This document shows positions 28,312 through 41,012 of a DNA stretch of 64,000 bases, in pieces. The DNA is taken from contig OX597814.1 of NCBI GenBank assembly GCA_951406725.2, forward strand, positions 21,886,001 through 21,950,000, written 5' to 3'. How positions within the stretch are numbered: position 1 is the first letter of the stretch; each line of letters starts with the position of its first letter. The stretch comes from Octopus vulgaris (taxonomy: Eukaryota). The translations under genes were made by a program, and so were the position numbers. The notes beneath the pieces are model-generated. The model did not search any database. It worked only from the letters and a program-made list of their open reading frames with translations, and was not told the origin of the DNA.

Positions 28312-31300
28312 CATATTTTAAATATTTTGTAACTGAAATCCATTTTGCTTTTAAATTAAATTAAATATTATCTTCTCTTTTTTTATTTCCCCTTTTACAC
28401 TCAATAATCCAGGAGCTCCTCGTGTCCTGCAAGCAATTGCAAAAGATAGTGTCATACCTCTTCTAGATATCTTCAGTGTGACCACAAAGAAAGGAGAGCC
28501 ATTTCGAGCATTGCTGTTGACAGCTGCAATATCTGAAATTGGAATTATTATTGCCAGTCTTGACTATGTGGCACCCATCATTACAATGTAAGTAAGCTTT
28601 CAAATTAGCAAAAATGCCAATTTCTAACATTGGCACAAATAACTTTTCTTTTCATTTTTTTTTCTTTTTTTTTTTTTAGGGTAGAGAGTGGAAGTATTAG
28701 TTAATTACTTTCTATATTTCAGATCGAATTCATTACCTTTGTTGCAAATAATTTTGAATTTAGCAAAATAACTTTGTCTTTTTTGGAACATAATTTAAAA
28801 TGAAATTTTAATAATGGACTGTAATTCAGCTTAGTTTAAAACAGGAAACTTGTAGCCTAGATTCAGGGCAGTTTCTGACTGTTGGTATTAAAAGGGGCAG
28901 ATCAAATAATAATATATAATAATGAAATTATTGTATACAGTGCTCAGGTGCACCACAACTTGTCAAAAGTGCACATAAAGTATATGCAATAATGTACAAA
29001 TGTCTGGAAAGTGAACAGTGTATGAGCCAGATACATGCTTGCGTGTGTGTGGAGGGGAGAAAATCAAGTGTAGTGTTGGTGAATCTCAGGAAGCATGGAA
29101 GTTTTGAAGGATGCAGTGCTCCGACAACTAACAACTGATGCCAGCAGTTTGTTCCATGCTTCAGCAACTCTTAGCGTGAAAAAATGTTTCCGAAAGTCAT
29201 GGGAGCTGTGCTGTTTTCTGACTTTGAAAATCTAGTTCTTTCTGATACTTTATTTTATTGACCATCGGAAACTCCATCCAGTTAACAAAGTTGGTCTTTG
29301 TTGTAAGTAAATACAAGATAATGATACTGTCCAAGGACTATAATTGTTTTGAATTACATTTCTCCTCTACTAATTAAAATGTAGTTTTCTTCAAATTAAA
29401 ATAAAATTCCTGATCATTTCTAAAAGTTTGTTTTATGAATTTGTTAAATTAATCAAAACAAGATTTGTTTGGCTGTTTTCAGTATGTTTTTATATATTTT
29501 TTCTACAAGGTTCTTTTTGCTATGTTATGGATTTGTTAACATGGCCTGTGCCCTTCAAACCTTGCTACGAACACCAAACTGGCGACCACGTTTTAGATTT
29601 TATCATTGGTAAGTTTTTAACATTCTTTTTTTCAATGTCCAAGAGAATAGTCTTTCTTAGATAATCATATTAAAAAATTAACAGATTTGTTATCTATAAT
29701 GCTAGGAAGCATAATAACTAAGAGCTCAACTCATAATTACATTGTTATATGCTTTTGAGTTGAAAATTTTGATATTATAGTATTCTTAAATAAATTACAT
29801 TGCATTGTTTATTCATTTTCCTGATGACAAAAAATCTTTCATCTATTTGATGTGGAAGTGGTTGTCATTGGATGAATGTCTAGGGATATTGAATGATAAG
29901 CTACAGCTATCACTTGCAATCAAAGATGACTCTGTATCAGCTGGCACCACATTTTTACTAATGGTTTAGATGTCCATGTAGTTGCAAGTGGATACAAACA
30001 CCTTCTCAACCCTCCAACACTTCATCCCAGCAGAACATCTTAGACAGTGGTTCTCAACTACTTTTTGCCTATGGACTCCTTTGAGCGTGATCGTTGCCAG
30101 AGCAGCCAACTGGCTTCCATGCCAGTGGCACATAAAAGGGCACCGTTCGAGCGTGATCGTTACCAACGTTGCCTTACTGGCACCTGTGTCGGTGGCATGT
30201 GTAAAAAGATTCGAGCGAGATCATTACCAGTACCGCCTGACTGGCACGTAAAAAGCACCCACTACACTCCCGGAGTGGTTCGCATTGTAGAAACTCTGCC
30301 AGATCAAGATTGGAGCCTGGTGCAGCCATCCTGTTCGCCAGCCCTTAGTCAAAATCGTCCAACCCATGTTAGCATGGAAAGCGGACATTAAACGATGATG
30401 ATGATGATGATGAACCCTCACAACCATTGAATGTTTATACTTTTGTGATTAAATATTATCAGGCATTGCATTAAAAAATGGTTATTTTGTGTATTAAAGA
30501 AATACAACCAATTCATTGCACATACATTTTAACAGCAAAATCTTATTTGGACCCTGGTTGAGAACAAATGATCTAGGATGTGAGAGCTGGAGGGAGAGAG
30601 GGCTATTTGAGCACTAGGCAGGTTGTTGGGTTAGTTCTCTGTTTATCAGCCCTTAAACGATGAAAGGCAAAACTGACATCAGCAAAATTTATGCAAATAT
30701 ACAAATATATAAAAATCTGCTCTCTTCATGATTGTGCAAATATATGGATATTAATAGTTAAAGGCTAAAATATTCAAATAAAAATTACATTAGCCTAATT
30801 TATGGTGATACTGATGGCTAAATGAACAGAGCTCTAATGTCTATGACAACCAGAAAAGTGGAAGTTGATTCATTCATATCTTATTAACAAGGTATATAAC
30901 TCTGAATGGCTAATTTCAGCTAACTGTTGTAAGTTCAGCTTAACTGGTGTGTTTGAAAATTACAAAATGCTTCATTATACACCAAATTGTTTTACATTTA
31001 TAAATTATCTGCATTGCCTGTGTTATATACTATTAAAATAAGAACATTGCCTCAGTGCAATTTAGATATGTTACAAGTCTTTCAAATAGAATTGTTTCTT
31101 GAAATACTTGGTTTATTGCAGACTAATTCCCTGCAACATAAAAAATATTCTAGTCTTTCAGGTGTGTGTCTCATGTATAGGTAAATACATAAAAGTGAAA
31201 AAAAAAAACCCACTAAAACTTAAATAATTTCTTAAATAAAGGACAGCATTATGCGATGAATGTGCCACAGTTGCAACAAACAAAATACATTTAGAAAAAA

Positions 31301-33806
31301 AATTAACAGAGATTTTAATTTATTTATTTTAAAATTCCTTTTTTACATATTTCTTTTTATTTGGAAAAGATATGATGACTTTATTTATACTGAACAATAA
31401 CTGGTAAATTATTAATGATTTCTTCTCTTTCTAGGACTCTTTCTTTACTTGGTCTTGGTCTTTGTATATCCCTTATGTTCATATCAAGCTGGTATTATGC
31501 TTTGGCAGCCCTTTTCCTTGCATTATGTATTTACAAATACATTGAATATAAAGGGTAAGATTTTTCTGTTTTCTTTTCTAATAACATGTTTACTCATACT
31601 CTTGAAAAAGTAAATATACATTGACCAAAATAATTTTTCATAATGCTGCTCTACAAAACCTACAATATGTCTATACACATGGGTACTCTTTCACATGTTC
31701 TATACTTCATCAGTAACACAAATCATCCTGTTGCCGAACAATTCAAGCCTCTTCATTCATGAGTGAGATTCTGATCCTTAAAAACAAGAACCAGTTGGTT
31801 TAAGAACAGTCTTTGCCCAAGTTCTTCTTTCTTTATTGCCCACAAGGGGCTAAACATAGAGGGGACAAACAAGGACAGACAAAGGGACTAAGTTGATTAC
31901 ATCGACCCCAGTGCGTAACTGGTACTTAATTTATCGAGCCTGAAAGGATGAAAGGCAAAGTCGGCCTTGGCGGAATTTGAACTCTGAATGCAGCAGCAGA
32001 CAAAGTACCACAAAGCATTTCACCCGGTGTGCTAACGTTTCTGCCAGCTCACCTTTGTCCAAGATCTGTACACATCTTGAACAGACAATTATCTAGAAAG
32101 CAGCTTCAATGTATTTAGTAAGCTCTGTCTTGTTGCTCCTTTTTTTTTTATATCATTAAGTTTTATTAATTGTATTAATATCTGTATCTTACCTCTATCA
32201 AGTATGCATATAATATGCATGACATGCACAAGGCATGCATATGACAATAAAGACATCTTACTTTATGTAGTCTTTTCAATATATAACAGTGTGATTTTTA
32301 ATATAAGTTTATTGATTTTGCATCTCAAAGACTATCAAAAATTTTTATTGCATTTAAAATTATTATACAAGCTTGTGAAACAATGCATAGAATTTTCTCA
32401 ACCATTCAGTTGTCCAGACAGGTCTGAGCGTATGCAAAAAGAGATATAAATAATTGACCTTTCAATAAATTTTATTCAATGAAATAATTTCCATTATAAT
32501 TAATGACCTTTGCCCATGTATCAGGTAATTTAAATATTTTACAAGCATAAAATTTGTCTGGTTTTAAAGAAAAAAGTTATCTTGATGCATTTTGACTCTA
32601 CCAAAATCATTTAATGTTAAGGAAGGATAGGAGAATGTTAGATTTATAAGCCCTAAAATTCACTCCATAATTGCCCACATGGCATAAGTGCACGGGCTAC
32701 TAACCCCAAGATTCCAAGTTCGATTCCAGGCAGTGACCTTAATAATAATAATAATAATAACAACAACTTCGAAAAATACCTTAGGAATGAGAACTTTCGA
32801 AATTTCCCCAAGACACCTGATGAAGACTTGGAGGGTATATCTGCTGAAACGTTGTGTTAACAACAAACAAGATGAGGACAAATATCCATCAGTTGTAAAT
32901 AATGTAAATAATGTATATAATTCCTCATCTCTCAAATATAACAGACCAAATATATTTGTTAAGGCAGACATGTAAAGGTATATACCATCATAGAAATCAG
33001 CTGCACTGTGGATTTTAATATCTCTTTGAAAATCAAAAAGAAAGAGAATAACTATAGAGAACTGTTTTGAAACCTACAGATTCTATATTCAGATTATAAA
33101 TTCACGTTTATATCAATAATGATTGTTGCACTTGGTTTTGTGATTACATGCCTAAATGACAATCTGGAAAAGCTAGGGGTTTCAGAAAAAGAAATCAATT
33201 GACTAACATGCACATCATTAATACACTCTGTAAGCAGAAAAGTAAAAATATGCAAGACTTTCCTCAAGTTCAACATGTGACAATGTTTTTGTTATTCCAA
33301 TGATAGAATGTTGTATCTTTGTTGAAAACTAGTTCCTTCATTACAGGAAGCATTCAAATAGTTAAAAATCAAAGAGTACATACATACATGCATACATACA
33401 TCCATCCATCTGAGGAATTTCAACCATGTTTCGTGGTCTGCTACCACAACAGCTCCTTTATAGGATCCAGTTAGCTCAAAACAATCATCAGGAGGAACCA
33501 CGTCCAGTTTCGGCCCCTACTCCTCTACCGTTTGACGTGGCGGGGTCTCCCTTTCAGAGGTGTCTTCAGCTCTGGTGTTGGGTACATGTCTTCTTTCTCC
33601 TTCTTTCTTCTGTTCCCTGGCCTCTTCGATGTAGCGTCAACAAGTGTCAGCGGTTGACTGACTGACTTGTCAAATTTCCCTTTAAATACCTGCTGCTCAG
33701 CTCCAGCAGGCAGCCCCAGCTAGTTGTCATGTGACACTGTCTCAACTTTAACTAACCAATACATACATATAAACACACACATATACATACACATACATGC
33801 ATGCAT

Positions 33807-33857
<51 letters not shown>

Positions 33858-36800
33858 TACATACATACATACATACATACATGAAACTGTGACAAATGAT
33901 ATTTAGAAAGTGAATATTATATAACTTTATGTAATTCAACAGTGCTGAAAAAGAATGGGGAGATGGAATTCGTGGACTTGCTATGTCTGCTGCAAGATAT
34001 GCGTTGCTCAGATTACAAGAAGGACCACCTCATACCAAAAATTGGAGGTACGTTGTTTTTGTTCTCTTGAAATAAAAATTATGCAACTTTTGCTTTTTCT
34101 CTAACTCTAATTTGTCACAATTATCTGATTTGTTTTTTTTTATATATTTCAATTTTAAATGTTACTAGAAATCATTTGTTACAAATCAACTCTCTCTCTC
34201 TCTTTCAATTCCTAATTCTTAACCAGGAAAAAAAATCCACTTATCTACAATAAGTTATTACCTCCGCCTTAGCAAAAGCAGAGGTATCGTTTTCAGTTGT
34301 TTGTTTGTTTGTCCATGGACAAGATATCTCAAGAACCACTGGATGGATTCAGATGAAACTTTCAGAGATGTTTGGCCTCGTGACTGGCATGAACTGATTA
34401 GATTTTGGAATCGATCTGGTACCAGACAAGGATTCTGGATTATTTTTCCTGTTTTTTTACTTAATTTTTTAGAGCAGTCGGGTTCATTTTTAGTAATCTC
34501 ATTTGTGAGAGCAGTCTAGTTTATTTCAGGTATTCTCAGTTTTAAAAATCATCTCTGGCTAATCGTTGAAAGGACGTTGGTGTTGCCTTGGTGGAGGTTT
34601 GCACTCTCTGGGTGCTCTTGTTATTAATGAGATCATAATTCTTCAGACTATTAACTTTCTCTTAATATTACATCCCATTATTTATATCTTAGTATTTACA
34701 TCTCAGAAACTTTTTTAGTAGTTTCAACTCTGATCATCTGCATCAGGAGTCTTATTCTTAAATATCTGCATAGACCCAAACTGGATTTGAACTAAGAACT
34801 TTTATTTTTAATTGCTCTTATTCACAATGCCACTGGCACGTGTTCATTATAATTGTATTAATCTAGTTGCTTAGCAACTCAAAATGTATAGTACAAGCTG
34901 GTCAAGTGTATCATTTTCTTTATGTGATTTTGATATTTTTTGTGTATTGAATAATGAAATATTAAATGTTCTGAATTAATTAATTCTGTATTGAAAGGTT
35001 ACCTGTTATCCATTTATATTATTAGCTCATTAATAAACTGTATCAGGAAGTTAGAGTTAGCTAAATCAACAGTATGGAAAACTCCTAACCAAAGGATCAA
35101 CTGTCCATCTACCTTATTTTAAATAGGTACCTCTCTTGTTTACTGTTAATAATAGCACTGTTTACTTTATAATTGTTATTGAACCTTGGCTCTGATCCTG
35201 CAGATTTATAATCAAAAGTATTCCAATCATAACCACCCTGTTTGTTTTTTAACCCTTTTGTTACCATATTTCTGTTGAGATGCTCTGTGTTTCTTTCAAT
35301 TAATTTTGAATATAACAAAGAATTTAGTAAAATAAATCAGTTATCATTAAGTTAGTGTCAGGAACATAAATTGCAAATAAGGTTTGGTGGACGATTTTAA
35401 TTCAGAACTTTTGAAAACAAGACTTTTGTACTAGAGCCAGAGGTGGTTTCAGCCAGGTTGGTATCAAAAATGTTAAAGCGGGTATCATGTACCTAATACT
35501 ACCTATGTATTGTGGAATATAATTTTTATTTCTTTTTTAAAATGGTAATGTGTGATTTGAATGAAAGTTGGTTGCTGTTTCCAGCAAATAGAGTGAGCAT
35601 GTAGTGTTTTAAGTGTTGTTTGTGTTATTTACCCTCACAGCAGTGCTGACTAAGCAGACCCATGATCAGAAGTGTTCCAACTATGATCATCCCTACTTTT
35701 TCTTATTCAAATATCATATTTCTAACTCTACATTCATTATCCAGTGTAATCTTCCATATCCTCTTGTTTTTTTAACATGATTTTTCTTAGCTGACGGTGC
35801 TGAGTCTTAAACTTCTAGAGATAAGAAATTTCAGAGTACTCTCCCTTTTGACTCGATACTTGATTGTGACTACAGATAACCGATAGAAAAACGATGTGAA
35901 CAATAAGAAAATGATTAATAACTAAAGATTTAGCAAACAGTAGTATATCAAAAGAACATTACTTATTAACATTTTAGACGTTCTACTCTACAATTAAACA
36001 TGAACTTCTTTATGAAACTTCCTTATAAGAATTCAGATCAAGTATAATAGTACCAAGCCTTTTGTCCTCTACTTGCATTAGTAACTCTCTTATCTTTCAG
36101 AGAAACTGTTTAACCCATTCACGGATTATTCTTTCAAACTTAATACTTATTCATTCACATTGTTTTTAATTAATCATGCACGATTTTATTGCTTCGAAAC
36201 TATAATTATGTAATTGTAATTTTTATTTTAGCATAGAAGGGTAGATTTGATTTGCCTGGCTAGAAGATAAAACATAGCATATTTGGGTTGGATATGGCCG
36301 ATTTAAATACTAACAAATTAAATAAGTTATTTACTGTGTGTACTTCCTCAAACTGTTCAATACATCAACAGCTGAAATATTGATCCAATGTCTTTTTGTA
36401 TGAGGTATCTCTGTGCAACTACTATACACATGTAGAGCTGATTAATGCTATTCATCTGCAAGGATATGAACAGCTATTTAGATAAAATTAAAATATCATT
36501 TTATAGTTGAACAATTCAACTTCATACTGGTGGTTTTGATGTGTCAAACTTAATGACCTCAGTTTGAATCTTGTCTGAATTGATATTGCTTTAATTTGTC
36601 TGGGTTTGATAAAATATATACCAGTAATATACTGGAACAGATTCAATCAACTCTACTCCTTCACACTTCACAAATATTGGCCATATTCATTGTCTAATGA
36701 AATCTATTTATATCGTATGTTCAGCTGTCTGGCTTCCATGCTGGAGGGACGTAAAGAGCGCCATTTGAGCGTGATCGTTACCAGCATCACCTAACTGGCA

Positions 36801-39800
36801 CTTGTGCTGATGGCACGTGAACAAAACATTCGAGTGAAGTCATTGCCAGTGCCACTGACACCTGTGCAGATGGTACATAAAAACCACCATTTGAGCATGG
36901 CCGTTGCCAGTACCACCAGACCGGCCCTCATGCCGGTGGCACGTAAAAGCACCCACTACACTCTCGGAGTGGTTGGCATTAGGAAGGGCATCCAGCTGAA
37001 GAAACTCTGCTAGATCAGATTGGAGCCTGGTGCAGCCATCTGGTTCGCCAGTCCTTAGTCAAATCGTCCAACCCATGCTAGCATGGAAAGCAGACATTAA
37101 ATGATGATGATATATTTTTCTAATATTTGTTTCTCCTTTCCAGGCCCCAGTTACTTGTTCTTATGAAACCAGATGAAAATTTGAAACCAATGTATCCAAA
37201 ACTAGCAACACTTGCAACTCAATTAAAAGCTGGTAAATATATATATACACATATTTCACTATTTATCTTTGTTTTTCTTCACTTATACATATATTCATAC
37301 ACACACACACACACTTTTCCCTTGCTATCAATTTAATTATCATCTTCTTTCTTCATGTTTACATGTGTTAACTATCCCATATTACCTATATCATCTATAC
37401 AAGGGAGTACTAAAAAGTTCCTGGCTTTGGGTAAAAGAAAATACAGGAGGATCAGTTAATTATGATTTTATTCAACATCATTCTCTCTCAGATTCACACA
37501 CTTATTGCAGCAGTCCTTTAGTTTTTCTAAGCCCTGTAAAAAAAACTCAGAAGGTTGGACCTCCAAACAGGCCTTTCACAATACTCCTAAAGCAAGGAAC
37601 TTTTCAGCATCTCCTTATATGTAATGTAATGGTATGCATTAACATACGAAGCACTAGAGCATAAATAAGTTATATGTTTAACAATTAAATACTCAGAGAC
37701 ACCATCCAACAATATCAGCCTAAGACTAATATTCTATTTATTTCATAAAGTATAATACACAACCTGGGATATGTTTCAGTCTTATTATGCCCTCATCAGT
37801 GAAACACAGACTTCATCCTAATTGCTGTCCAACCCATGCTAGCATGGAAAACGGATGCTAAACGATGATGATGATGATGATAATGGTGATAGAATCACTA
37901 AGTAAATGTATAAGACTGTGCATGGTTTCACATAGAAAACTAGAATAGTTTAAAGAATGATTTATTTAGAACAGGGGTCACCAGCCTTTTTTCACAGCAG
38001 GCCAGATAGCCGAGAGAATGACAAGCGCGAGCTGCATAACCATTTTGTTTAATACAATACAGTGAATACACAAAAGAATAAAGACAACCAAAATATTTAT
38101 TTACAAAAAATTTATCAAGGCAGGTGACATTAACAATAAGATAGTTATATCACACCCAGTGCACACGTATCCAAATCTCACAAACTAAGTAGCAAAAATG
38201 GTTAGTGGGATTTGTGGAACTGTTGTTTAGATTTTAAGATATCAATACTTGCTTTGGAATTGCTGCATCCAACCAAGAGAATTCCTTTCAAATGTTCATC
38301 AGTCAACCTCATTCAATGTGCTGACTTCACAGACATAAGCTGTTCCAAATACTGATGCTATACCAGGGACAAATTTCTTCAAATTTGAAAACTCATCTTC
38401 AAGTAAGAAACTATAAAATTCTACAAGTTTTCCTTCTCTGTTCTCTTTCAACAAGTCATTTGCTTCCAAATCAATGAGCACCAACCATAGTTCGACTGGC
38501 ATGCCATCAAGTTTACAATCAAATGGATTCTGGAACAGAAGAATGTCACTCTCAATTCTGTTGAAATCTGAAAACCTCTCCAAAAAATGCTTATTTAAAT
38601 ACAAATAATCTTTTTCAGAAATTTGAGGTTAACATCTGCTACAATTCTGGCACAGAGCTCTTTAAAACCCTTAAAATGAAAGAAGTTTCCTCCTTCCAGT
38701 TGTGCTTCAAACAATGATAGTTTTCTCTGAAATCCTTTGATGATTCTGTAGAGATCACAGATAATGTTATCCTTTCCCTGAAGCTTCAAGTTCAATTCAT
38801 TCATGTGGTGATGTCAACCAAAAATGACAACTTTGACAGCCAGGTAGGATCTGACAAAAGTGGATCAGCTCTATCCTTTCCAGTGAGAAAAATATCTATT
38901 TCTCTTCAGAGCTTATAAAAACGAAAGAGGACTTTATCGCAGCTGAGCCACCTCAGTGTTGTGTGATAAGGCAAATCACAGAATTCAGAATCAATTTCTT
39001 CAAGAAAAACCTGGAATTGGTGGTGATTAAGGACATGACCCCGAATGAAGTTAACTGCAGAAACAATTGGTTTCAGTACACAAAAAATATCTGTCTTTAC
39101 CACTGAGTGCTTGCTGATGTATAATGCAGTGTATAAAAGAGCACCCAGAAGTTGAAGATCTTCCAACTTAGTCCTGATCTTCCCCACCAGACCCTTCCTC
39201 ACTCCAACCATCTTGTTTCCTCCATCAACTGTAATACATTGAAGCTGATTTCACTGAAGGTTATAGCTTTGCAAAGTTTTCTGCACTTCCATGAAAATGT
39301 TTTCTCCAGTTGTTCTGTACACGTGGCAAACAGATGCCAACTCTTCTGTGATCTGAAAGTTCAAATTAACACCACAAATGAACACGAGAAGTTGTGACGT
39401 ACTCAAGAGATCAGTAGACTTATCCAGCACCAGAGAATACCATAAGAAGTTCCTAGCTTTCTCATGAATTTGTAGCACTATGTTCTCTCCAGGTTTTCTG
39501 TTCTCCGCACAGCTGAACTTACTGAAAGGGTGATACTTCCTAGCAAATCAGTTTTCTCAAGAAACAAGTCATTTATTGCTTCCATCATACACTCTTTGTT
39601 GAAGTTGCCATCAGTAAACTGTTTTCCTCACTCTGCCATCTTATACACTATATTGTAACTTGTATGAGTGACAAATTCAGTGGCACGTAAAAAGCACCAT
39701 CCGAACGTGGACGATGCCAGTACCACCTTGACTGGCTTCTGTGCCAGTGGTATGTAAAAAGCACCAACCAATCATGACCGCTGCCAGCCTCCCCTGGCAC

Positions 39801-40454
39801 CTGTGCCGGTGGCATGTAAAAAGCACCTGCTACACTCACGGAGTGGTTGGCGTTAGGAAGGGCATCAAGCTGTAGAAACACTGCCAGATCAGACTGGAGC
39901 TTGGTGCAGCCTCCTGGCTTCCCAGGCCCCGGTCGAACCATCCAACCTGTGCTACCACGGAAAACAGATGTTAAACGATGATGATGATTCTCATGAAGAG
40001 AATGTTTAAACATGGCAATGCAAGTTAAATCATGATCACTGCAGGAATGAACACTCATTACAGGTACACAAAAGATACAATGCAGCTGTGGGCTGGATCA
40101 AAGTCTGGTGACTCCTGATTTAGAGGATGCCAGCCAAATAAAAAAAACCATAGTGTTAACCTATTTGCTACAAAAGATTATTTCTCTTTAACTCTTGGCT
40201 CCTGACTGCATTAAATGTTTACACAAACTTAACTAAATTGTTGTTTTATAGTTTGGTAGATATCTTTCTGTTGCTTAAAGCACTTAAAGGTTAATGCAAG
40301 TAGCTTAATATCACTTTATCTTCTCTTCCAAATTACAAAGCTAAATTGTAATTAATTGCATAATACTATTTAAAATTATAATTTAGACTTAAGTGACTCT
40401 TTACTTAATTAGTATATAATCTTAATACATACTAATTAATTTTGTCTTTATGCA

Positions 40455-40492
<38 letters not shown>

Positions 40493-40970
40493 TACTATTA
40501 TTATTATTGTGAGGATGCATGGCCTAGTGGTTAGGGTGTTGCACTCACAATTGTGAGATTGTGGTCTCAATTCCTAGACCAGGTGATCATTTGTGTTCTT
40601 AAGCAAAACACTTCATCTCACATTGTTCTGCGATCACTTCGACACTTGATATGTGGTTCACTGTGCACCTGTTCAGGTAACATTGATTTGATGGAGGGAG
40701 TGAGCTAATGCACATACATTTGATTACTACATACAAAATCATTTGTGCAAGTCATTCTGCAAAAGCTTAACACTCATACGTCATCTTCAACAGCAGAGTC
40801 CATCTTGATTATTATCATCATCATCATCATCATCATCATCCTCGTTATTAAGGTGGTGAGCTAGCAGAATCGTTAGCGCACCAGGTAAAATGTTCAAACA
40901 CTGGGGTCAATGTAATTGATTTCTCCTCTCCCCTGCAACTGCTGGCCTTGTGCCTAAAATTTGTAATCAA

Positions 40971-41012
<42 letters not shown>

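Noticed and set aside
38299-39478. Domesticated GTF2IRD2/ZBED-like gene on the minus strand
   Set aside because: Frameshifts, stops, TIRs and TSD show it is a dead transposon.
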